64,000 bases of DNA, taken from the NCBI GenBank assembly GCA_050253075.1, contig JBFWJS010000001.1, positions 352,001-416,000 on the forward strand. Reading direction: 5' to 3'. Shown one piece after another: positions 56,603 to 64,000 of this stretch. This DNA comes from Deferribacterales bacterium. GTDB taxonomy: Bacteria > Chrysiogenota > Deferribacteres > Deferribacterales > Geovibrionaceae. How positions within the stretch are numbered: the stretch's first letter is position 1; each line of letters begins with the position of its first letter. A program made the position numbers and the translations under genes. Under the pieces are notes generated by a model, which had not been told where the DNA came from, searched no databases, and was given only the letters and a program-made list of their open reading frames with translations.

Positions 56603-57783
56603 CAGATTATCACCTCGAAATTGCCCATGTTGAAAACTATATCCTTTTTCACATTCATGGTTTCTTTATCTCTGGGGTTGAACTGCGCCCAGTGTATGCG
56701 GGCTCTGTCCAGATGCAGGCCTTTCAGCTCTTCTGAAATGTCTGTCTCTGTTTTGACTATCACATCGTGGGTGTTGTTCAGCGAGCGTATTATCATCATT
56801 GTATCACCAAGCTGTGAGAACTTTGTGGATACATATAAAATATTTTGTCCGTTTTCACCTTTTTTAAAGCGCATATAGGTGTCGTCGATGTTCTCATCCT
56901 CTGTTTTCAGAAAGGTGAGCAGACCGCCCGCCAATAGCATATTCGTCACCTGCATACGGGTTATACCTTCTTTAGCTCCCGTGTCGGAGTTGACGTATGC
57001 CTGCGCCTTTTCATCCCCTGCCAGCGATTCACCGTTCATCAGCTTATTCTCCATGAAGAGTCCGCTGTTTTTCACTGCGCTTTTCAGTGCTTCGGGAGTC
57101 ATGTTCTGCACGTCCAGTTTCTGGAATTTACCGAATGCCTTCATCAGTTTTGCGAGGTCGAATCCGCCGACCTCCTGCTTTACAAAGTTTGTGTCCAGAT
57201 TCTGCACAGGCAGTTTATCCATGGTCAGCTCTATCATCTTAGAGTCTGCCTTTGTCACCTCTGCCGTCAGGTTTTTAAGAAGCTGTGCGTCCAGCTTCAC
57301 TTCGAACAGGTTATTTTTAATGGACAGGAGCGTGTTGCCGTTGTCCAGAGTTTTCAGTATTTGTATGTCGACCTTTTCCCCTGCCTGTGCGTTGATCGTC
57401 CCTGCGGGGAGCTGCAGCACTGTCTTAGGCTCTGCGCCTGTGCCCTGCGGTGCTGTGGTGGTACCTGCTATCAGCTGAAAGACAGAGCGTGCCTGCTGTG
57501 TTGTCGTGGTTGTGATCTGTGCGGGGTTTGCGCTTTGGTCTGCGTTGGGGATTATCTTCAGCATCAGCGTGCCGTTTTCGGATTTTACAACCTCAGCCCG
57601 TATCATCTTCCCTTCGGGTTCGGTCTGTAGCTGTGCTGTGAATGATTTACCTTTAAGGTTGATGAGATACATGCCGTTGTCGAGTTTGCGCAGTACGTTA
57701 AGGTTCAGGCGTTCGCCGTCTTTGAAGGTGATCTCACCTTTATCCGCTAGGTTCTGCAGGCCCTCAGGCCAGAAGATGTTCAT
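56602..57783 (-). CDS. FliK-like (flagellar hook-length control-type) protein
   Basis: Two similar beta-rich N-terminal modules, VKNSGLFMENKL, C-terminal STKFSQLGD. Confidence 0.55.
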   Translation of the reverse strand: MNIFWPEGLQNLADKGEITFKDGERLNLNVLRKLDNGMYLINLKGKSFTAQLQTEPEGKMIRAEVVKSENGTLMLKIIPNADQSANPAQITTTTTQQARSVFQLIAGTTTAPQGTGAEPKTVLQLPAGTINAQAGEKVDIQILKTLDNGNTLLSIKNNLFEVKLDAQLLKNLTAEVTKADSKMIELTMDKLPVQNLDTNFVKQEVGGFDLAKLMKAFGKFQKLDVQNMTPEALKSAVKNSGLFMENKLMNGESLAGDEKAQAYVNSDTGAKEGITRMQVTNMLLAGGLLTFLKTEDENIDDTYMRFKKGENGQNILYVSTKFSQLGDTMMIIRSLNNTHDVIVKTETDISEELKGLHLDRARIHWAQFNPRDKETMNVKKDIVFNMGNFEVII

Positions 57784-57784
57784 A

Positions 57785-58306
57785 TCAGTCTGCGCTCATT
57801 CTCTTTACAAGCTGTACTTCCGTTATGGATACGTTCAGCTTTGTGGCTATGTCGTTATCCGAAAGCCCCATCAGCACCAGATCGGATATCTGCTCACGTA
57901 TGCTAACGCCCGATGGATTAGGCTGTGGCTGCATAGTGGGGGCGTATGTATCGTAGGAATCGTCTATATCGTCATATTCAGGTCTTGCTGCAGGTCTGGG
58001 TATCATCCTTTTCGGAGGTTCATCATCCTGAATGGTTTCCAGCCTTTTCAGCTTTTCATCCACCAGAGCTGCCAGATCCTCGAGCATCTCTTCCTTTTGT
58101 CTCACAGCGTCTTCTAGCTTATCTGCAACACGCTCGCTCTCTATTACGAGCTCACGCATCTCCTCCATGAATGGATAGAGGTCATTAGGGCTGACATCCG
58201 TCACTTTTTTATGGATGGAGTTTATCTTCGAGATGGTGATAAGCATAAATATGAAAAGCACGCATATAAGCAAAAATGCAATGCCTATGAGTGTCATAGG
58301 GTTCAT
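57785..58306 (-). CDS. TM / coiled-coil / C-terminal HTH protein (DUF2802/DUF6115-like)
   Basis: N-terminal TM, coiled coil, GLSDNDIATKLNVSITEVQLV. Confidence 0.6.
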   Translation of the reverse strand: MNPMTLIGIAFLLICVLFIFMLITISKINSIHKKVTDVSPNDLYPFMEEMRELVIESERVADKLEDAVRQKEEMLEDLAALVDEKLKRLETIQDDEPPKRMIPRPAARPEYDDIDDSYDTYAPTMQPQPNPSGVSIREQISDLVLMGLSDNDIATKLNVSITEVQLVKRMSAD

Positions 58307-59085
58307 CAGGCTCTGTTCCTCTTGAGAGTTTCTCTATCTTTTTGGAAAATGTAGTGAATTACGGCTTCTCTGGTGCTCTCGTCCAGATGGCTGAAGTCTG
58401 CCTCACAGATACATTTTTCGCCGTAGGGTATCACATCGGTGACAGTGCATAAAGCGGAGAAGTTCAGCCCGGAGCCGTTTTTCGGCATGGACTGCACATA
58501 GACGGTGTCTCCAACGGAGACTCTGCATCCGTCATAGATGAAAGACAGCCCTCCGCCGCCCAGCCCGAGCGTGCGCATTTCAGAGAGTCCTTCGAGCTTT
58601 TCATCCTCTTTCAGGGTGTCTATCAGCTCGTCCAGCTTGGAGTCTATCTTCATCAGCATCTTCAGTATGTACTGATTGGTGAGGGTTTCGTCTGTGATAA
58701 CCTTCTTTATCTGGTTAGACAGTGTGCTGCGGAAGCGGTTGTTCAGCTTGTCCACACGATAGCGCAGCTCGCCCTTTTCATCCTCGTCTGCGGTCTTTAT
58801 CTCAAAGTATTCTTTGAACTCGATGAAGTGGCTGTCATTTTCGGTAGAGCCGAGGTCTTTGACCTTTTCCAGCTTTACCGTCTGGCCATCGGCGCTGAGG
58901 AGCTTCACTTCTGCATGGTGAGTGATGATGCTGTCGTACCATTTCAGTTTTAAACAAAGGGCAGCACCGAGTTTATCGATGTCTGCCCCGTTAAGTTCTA
59001 TCGTGAGCGGTGTATCACTGAGGATGTTCCCGTTCAGTATGGAGAAGTCGTCCTCGTGGTAAACCATCAGCTTGCAAATAGACAT
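58306..59085 (-). CDS. PilZ-domain protein (degenerate motifs)
   Basis: LGLGGGGLSF, C-terminal FSHLDESTREAVIHYIFQKDRE; no clear RxxxR. Confidence 0.65.
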   Translation of the reverse strand: MSICKLMVYHEDDFSILNGNILSDTPLTIELNGADIDKLGAALCLKLKWYDSIITHHAEVKLLSADGQTVKLEKVKDLGSTENDSHFIEFKEYFEIKTADEDEKGELRYRVDKLNNRFRSTLSNQIKKVITDETLTNQYILKMLMKIDSKLDELIDTLKEDEKLEGLSEMRTLGLGGGGLSFIYDGCRVSVGDTVYVQSMPKNGSGLNFSALCTVTDVIPYGEKCICEADFSHLDESTREAVIHYIFQKDRETLKRNRA

Positions 59086-59393
59086 TTATGCTTCCAGATC
59101 AATATTATGCCCCGTGTCTCTGGCGAGACGCTTGGCTATTTCTTTTCTACGTTCCCGTTCTTCTTTCTGCTGCTGTTCCTGCTCTTGCTTCTTCCTTTCG
59201 TCGGCATTTACAGACTTTCCTTCAGATTCTTCGGATTCGTTCACGGATTTTGCACGTTTCTCAACCTCTTCCTTCATCTCCTGAGTGACGAAGACGTTTC
59301 GGGTCTCTCCGGCTCTGTCCTGAACATCCTGCACTTTCTCCACAGCGGATGAGTGCGTGAGTATCTGGCGAAATTCAGTAGGACTTACCCCAT
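59086..59393 (-). CDS. Small charged hypothetical protein, probable 1-bp frameshift at codon 2
   Basis: Frame open upstream of GTG 59343 (GVSPTEFRQILTHSSAVEKVQ); AGGA RBS precedes an out-of-frame ATG at 59393. Confidence 0.6.
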
Positions 59394-59403
59394 AAGCACA
59401 TCC

Positions 59404-60234
59404 TTACTTCCTGTAGATGATACCGCCTCCGAAGTTTTCCATTTTGAAGGCGTCAGAAATCTTGTTAAGTGTCTCTGAGTGACCGAGGTAAAGTGCACCC
59501 GGTACGCCGAGAGCCTTATGGAAGGTCTCTATTACCTTCTGTTTAGCAGGTATATCAAAGTATATGAGCACGTTTCGGCAGAATACAACATCCAGTCTGC
59601 CCACCTTAGCGTTTATCATAGGGCTGAGGAGGTTCCCCTGGAAGAATTTTACCTTGCTCATTATCATAGGGTCGATCTTAAAGGTGAAGCCGTCTTTGGT
59701 AAAGTATTTCTGCTGTATCGCAGGCGGCACACCACGGAACGATATAGTTCTGTAAAGCCCTTTCTGAGCTATGCCGAGCACCTCTGTGTTGATGTCTGTG
59801 GCGAGTATCTCAATATTGGCTTTAGCAAACAGACCGGCCTCGTTTAAGAGCATGGCGATGGAGTATGGCTCCTCGCCTGATGAACATGCAGCAGACCAGA
59901 TGCGTATGGAGCGCTTCCCCTTTGCGATAAGGTCGGGGATTACGTTCTTTATCATGTGGTCCATCTGCGCTCTTTCACGCAGGAAGTAGGTCTCGTTTAT
60001 CGTTACCTGATTAAGGAGAACTTCCATCTCCTCACGCTTTTTCGGATCATACTTCAGATAGTAGATATAATCCTTAAAGCTGGAGAAGTTGAGCTCCTGA
60101 AGCCTTTTGGAAAGCCTGTTCTCTATCAGGTACTTTTTGCTGTCGGCAAAGGCGATGGCGGCGTTCTTGTAGATGATATCTTTCAGCTCAACGAACTCGT
60201 CATCTTTAATTTTTATAGTGCCTGTACTTATCAT
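59404..60234 (-). CDS. cheR: Chemotaxis protein methyltransferase CheR
   Basis: TINETYFLRE, IWSAACSSGEEPYSIA, ATDIN, VFCRNVLIYFD, LGHSE. Confidence 0.95.
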   Translation of the reverse strand: MISTGTIKIKDDEFVELKDIIYKNAAIAFADSKKYLIENRLSKRLQELNFSSFKDYIYYLKYDPKKREEMEVLLNQVTINETYFLRERAQMDHMIKNVIPDLIAKGKRSIRIWSAACSSGEEPYSIAMLLNEAGLFAKANIEILATDINTEVLGIAQKGLYRTISFRGVPPAIQQKYFTKDGFTFKIDPMIMSKVKFFQGNLLSPMINAKVGRLDVVFCRNVLIYFDIPAKQKVIETFHKALGVPGALYLGHSETLNKISDAFKMENFGGGIIYRK

Positions 60235-61649
60235 AGCTCATCCAAAACAGACTGTATCTTTTCTTTAACATACTTGTTGTCGTCGTTCGCCAGACCGCTT
60301 TTTAAGAGGTCAAGGTATCCCTTCGGCTTAAGCGCAGCAAGTATCTCGAGAGCCTTATATCTGACGATCCAGCTCCTGTCCTGAGCAAAGAGTGTGGTGG
60401 CTGCTTCTGCTGCCAGCTCTTTGTTGTCGTTGACCAGAGCAGAGAGAACTTCCTTACGGATGTCCTCGTTGTCGTCGTCGAGAATAGAGAGGTAAAATTC
60501 GCTGAAGTCACTGTCGATCTTACCCAGTGCTTCTACGATGGCGAGTTTTACATTTTCGTCTACCTGAGGGAAAGCGTCTTGCAGCTTTCCTGCCTCTGCA
60601 GCCGAGCATATCTCTCCACAGGCCTTCACGGCGAAATAACCAACCCAAGAGTCGTTATCTGTGACTCTGGCGAGTATTTCATTAAGTTTGTCCTTCGCCT
60701 TGATCTTTGCAAGTCCGCCCGCTGCTGCTTCTCTCACTTTTATGGAGTCACGCTCCATAGCCTTTATGAGGATGTCGGAGACACCTTCTTTGTTAAAGGA
60801 TGAGACGGCTCTCACGAGGACGGATGCGACATCGTCGCTCTGCTCTTCTTCCAGTCTGCCTGTGAGCAGCTCAAATGCCTTTTCGTCGTTGATGAGAGTA
60901 AGAGCCTGCACGGTGACCTTCCTTACGGAGGGGTCTTCGCTCATGAGCATCTGTCCGAGACGCTCTGCATCAGATTCGTCTGAAAGCAGGGCTATGGAAG
61001 CTGCTGCAGCTTCACGCAGGTCCTCAAGGTCACAGTCGAGGAACTTATATATTTTTTCTTTACTTTCGGTATCGCCAAACCATCCGAGGACAAGGATCGC
61101 TGCCTTGACCACCTGTGGTATGTCGCTGTCCAGTGCATCTTTAATCATATCCTCAGAGGCATAGTCGTGTGCCTTGCCCAGGGTGAGGATAGCGTAGTAT
61201 TTCAGAGTAGGCTCGTCGGATTCCATAAGCTCTAACATCTTCTGACGATATTCGTCGTTCATGTTCTCGGCCATAAAGTCTGAAACCCTGTCTGCATAGT
61301 CTGCCTCGAAGAACTTTTCGACAAGTTCATCGGGAAGGTATGTGCTGAAGTCCTCTTCTATTGTGAAATACATAGTGAGGTTAGACATTTCCAGTACCTG
61401 AAAAACATTTTCGCTCACGTTTGTAATAACAAAGTCCGCACCTATTTTGGAAGCGTTCTTCTTAAATGCGATAAGCCCTGCGAGGGCCTTGCTTTGTATA
61501 TAGTAGCAGTCTTTGAGGTCGAGGCTGACTTTCGTCACCCCTTTTTCTTCGAGAAGCTTTCTGGATGCTTCTTCGAGCACCTTGCCGTCTGCTTCCTGCT
61601 GCACAATAATCTTGAGAACATCACCGGATTTGGCGAATTCTACTGACAT
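60231..61649 (-). CDS. STAS domain fused to HEAT-repeat domain
   Basis: N-terminal LDLKDCYYIQSKAL...VFQVLEMSNL; repeats such as REAAAASIA, VREAAAGGLAK, VKLAIVEALGK. Confidence 0.85.
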   Translation of the reverse strand: MSVEFAKSGDVLKIIVQQEADGKVLEEASRKLLEEKGVTKVSLDLKDCYYIQSKALAGLIAFKKNASKIGADFVITNVSENVFQVLEMSNLTMYFTIEEDFSTYLPDELVEKFFEADYADRVSDFMAENMNDEYRQKMLELMESDEPTLKYYAILTLGKAHDYASEDMIKDALDSDIPQVVKAAILVLGWFGDTESKEKIYKFLDCDLEDLREAAAASIALLSDESDAERLGQMLMSEDPSVRKVTVQALTLINDEKAFELLTGRLEEEQSDDVASVLVRAVSSFNKEGVSDILIKAMERDSIKVREAAAGGLAKIKAKDKLNEILARVTDNDSWVGYFAVKACGEICSAAEAGKLQDAFPQVDENVKLAIVEALGKIDSDFSEFYLSILDDDNEDIRKEVLSALVNDNKELAAEAATTLFAQDRSWIVRYKALEILAALKPKGYLDLLKSGLANDDNKYVKEKIQSVLDEL

Positions 61650-61652
61650 AAT

Positions 61653-61973
61653 TTACCCCAGTGCTTGTGCTTGTGTTTCGTATATTTTGAATACTTTATC
61701 CAGACCTGTGAATGTAAACATCTCTCTGATGTCAGAAGACATTTCGCAAAGCATAAGTGTTTTCTTAAGCTTGTTTGTGCTTTTGAGCAGGTCGATGATC
61801 TCTCTCAGACCGGAGCTGTTCATGTAAACCACCCCTTTGAAAGAGAGTATTGCCGTATTTGTGGAGTTGAAGAGATCGAGAATATTCTTCTTAAGCTCAC
61901 TACCTGTCTGAGCGTTGATCTCTCCTTTCACGAAAACCAGTTTCTTGTCCCCTTTGTCCTGTACTTCAAACAT
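61653..61973 (-). CDS. STAS anti-sigma factor antagonist (RsbV/SpoIIAA-like)
   Basis: VKGEINA, FKGVVYMNSSGL, MFTFTGLDKVF; ATG 61973 with AAGGAGG RBS. Confidence 0.9.
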   Translation of the reverse strand: MFEVQDKGDKKLVFVKGEINAQTGSELKKNILDLFNSTNTAILSFKGVVYMNSSGLREIIDLLKSTNKLKKTLMLCEMSSDIREMFTFTGLDKVFKIYETQAQALG

Positions 61974-61986
61974 AATCAGATCCTCC

Positions 61987-63561
61987 TTAGAGTTTTTTGA
62001 ACGCAAGTATTGTTATATCGTCTTCAAAAGGATGCCCCTGCGTGAAATTACGGACATCTTCCATGATATTTTCTATCATCTCACTGACAGGCAGAGCAGA
62101 GAACATCATGATCTTTGAGATCAGTCTGTCGTATCCGTACTGGTCTCTTGATCTGTTCATAGCTTCGTTCAGTCCGTCGGTGTAGAGGAAGACGACATCG
62201 CCCGAGTCTATCTCGAGTTCGCCCTCTTCATATTCTACCATATCAAATGCTCCGAGGAACATTCCATGGCAGGAGATCTTTTTAACGAGCATTTCAGACT
62301 TGTCATAAAACAGGAGCGGGTTATGGCCGGCACTGGCATAGTTCAGCTGTCCTGTCTTAGAGTTGAAAACTGTATAAAACATTGTGACAAAGTCGTTTGT
62401 GTGGATGTTGTCACAAAGGATCTCATTAACCATTGCCACAGCCTCTGATGAGGAGATGACGTCGTATGTGTATGAGCGCATGATGGCTCTGGTTATCGCC
62501 ATGATGACGGATGCGGGTATACCGTGTCCGGAAACGTCGGCCACGCCGAGTCCCCAGTATCCGTTACTCATTTCGATACAGTCGTAATAGTCTCCGCCTG
62601 CGTGCTCTGCAGGTGTATAGAATGCGCCGAAATCGTATCCCTCTATCTGAGGCAGTACTTCGGGCAGGAGGCTTTCCTGTATCTGTCCAACCTGTGTGAG
62701 CTCTTCGTCGATGATCTTATGCGCTTCTTTCAGCTTTTCGTTCATGCGGAGAAGGTCTTCATTCAGGAGGCTCATCTGGCGCTGTTTCTCATGCAGTGTC
62801 GCCTGCTGATTCTTTATCTCATCTATCAGCTTCAGCTCTTTTGTGGTGTCACGCAGACTTTCGACTATGTATCTGTCGAAGTGGTTCATGGTGACGGTGA
62901 GCTTTTTGTTATGCGCCTCACGGAAGGCACGAGTATTCTTCGGGTCGAGCAGCGGGCAGTCTTTACACTGTTCTGTATATCCGTAGACCTCATAGCATTT
63001 CATCTCTGTGGTCTTTCTGCCCTCCAGCCCGCACATGTCGATGAGGCTGGTGTTTGATACATTTATAGACAGATCAGGGTTTACAACCATGACGCCGTCA
63101 TTCAGAGAGTTGATGGTACGCAGGATAAACCTGTGCTCCTTCTCTGTTTCTTTCCTTTTAAGGTTGAGAATTACGTTTGATGCTTTCAGCTCTTTTGAGT
63201 GTCTTGTGAGCTTGTCTATCAGCTTCTTTGTGCTGGTGATGTCGCTCATGATTTCAGCGTAAGCATTCTGCTCGAGCTGGACAAATTTAGAAGAGAATAA
63301 TTTGCGGAATCCTCTGTGTGTGATGGTGTCGTGTTCGATATCGACGGGGATCTTATTTTCTCGCAGTTTATGCAGCTGACAGTCCTTACATGGTTCCATT
63401 TTGTTGAAAAGTACCATATGACATTTTTTACCGGTCGCCTTTTCAGGTCCCTTACCGGTTAACTGCTTTACCTGAGGGCTGCAGTATTGTATCTGGTACT
63501 TGTCATTTACGACCAGAACTATCTCATTGATATAGTTAAGTATTTCGCTGCTATATTCCAT
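61987..63561 (-). CDS. PAS-PAS-coiled coil-PP2C (SpoIIE/RsbU-type) serine phosphatase
   Basis: GGDYYD, ADVSGHG, SAGHNP, YTDGLNE, DDITI. Confidence 0.92.
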   Translation of the reverse strand: MEYSSEILNYINEIVLVVNDKYQIQYCSPQVKQLTGKGPEKATGKKCHMVLFNKMEPCKDCQLHKLRENKIPVDIEHDTITHRGFRKLFSSKFVQLEQNAYAEIMSDITSTKKLIDKLTRHSKELKASNVILNLKRKETEKEHRFILRTINSLNDGVMVVNPDLSINVSNTSLIDMCGLEGRKTTEMKCYEVYGYTEQCKDCPLLDPKNTRAFREAHNKKLTVTMNHFDRYIVESLRDTTKELKLIDEIKNQQATLHEKQRQMSLLNEDLLRMNEKLKEAHKIIDEELTQVGQIQESLLPEVLPQIEGYDFGAFYTPAEHAGGDYYDCIEMSNGYWGLGVADVSGHGIPASVIMAITRAIMRSYTYDVISSSEAVAMVNEILCDNIHTNDFVTMFYTVFNSKTGQLNYASAGHNPLLFYDKSEMLVKKISCHGMFLGAFDMVEYEEGELEIDSGDVVFLYTDGLNEAMNRSRDQYGYDRLISKIMMFSALPVSEMIENIMEDVRNFTQGHPFEDDITILAFKKL

Positions 63562-63702
63562 TTGCTGCTACATTCCGCCTAATTTGTGTAATGAATCCAA
63601 AAAAGTATTGTCGTTAAAGACATTACGTTACATTAAGTTTAATTCATTGCTTATGAAAATGCAAACGCTTTACAATCGTTAAATTTGTAAATTTAAATAT
63701 TA

Positions 63703-64000
63703 TTATTTAGATTTCAGCATTATCAGATAAAACACAGCCATAAAAGCGATTATCCCTACTGAGACATAAAGCAGATTATAGCTGAGGCGCTCTGTCTTTT
63801 TCATCTGCTCTTCGTAGAATTCCTCCAGCTTTTCGTCTATCCCTCTGAGGACGTCCAGCTCGTTTTCCACTGCATCGCGGGCTTTGTTCATCTGCTCTTC
63901 GGACTCCATCTCGATGAGAGAGCCGATGTAGATGACGAGGTTCTGCGCTATGTTGAATATAGTCTGTGAGATATACTCGAACCTCTCTGTGAATTTGAAA
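63703..64000 (-). CDS. Hypothetical protein with C-terminal TM anchor, 5' end beyond window
   Basis: Frame of the 68-aa ORF stays open to the right edge (FKFTERFEYISQTIFNIAQNLVIYIGSLIEMESEEQ...). Confidence 0.65.
   Translation of the reverse strand, partial: FKFTERFEYISQTIFNIAQNLVIYIGSLIEMESEEQMNKARDAVENELDVLRGIDEKLEEFYEEQMKKTERLSYNLLYVSVGIIAFMAVFYLIMLKSK

Overview
A bacterial chromosomal window, almost entirely core genome. Gene content and protein style suggest an anaerobic Deferribacterota/deltaproteobacteria-like organism; this is inference, not tested. It holds the probable replication origin upstream of dnaN-recF-gyrB-gyrA-folD-mnmE-mnmG-rsmG (DnaA boxes, DnaA-trios and AT-rich tract, plus a perfect parS about 9 kb away) but no dnaA. 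Also present are the CIRCE-controlled hrcA-grpE-dnaK-dnaJ operon, ruvB-radA-fabI, pta-ackA, argH, der, murI and several signalling genes. The most striking element is a LuxP-type AI-2 binding protein with all recalled ligand residues intact, translationally coupled to a protein joining a LuxQ-like periplasmic sensor to PAS-PAS-GGDEF-EAL instead of a histidine kinase. This suggests a direct AI-2 to c-di-GMP pathway. Other notable items: a PP2C-STAS-STAS/HEAT-CheR-PilZ-FliK-like operon, a tandem two-domain Hfq beside oriC, a chemoreceptor with a Cys-rich HAMP insert and degenerate CZB, a degenerate RACo-like 2Fe-2S protein, GTCATT-type palindromic repeats, an ERIC-like 126-bp element, an orphan Fis-type HTH remnant and a probable 1-bp frameshift. 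No rRNA, tRNA, CRISPR array or transposase was seen. All family assignments come from motifs read by eye; no searches were run.
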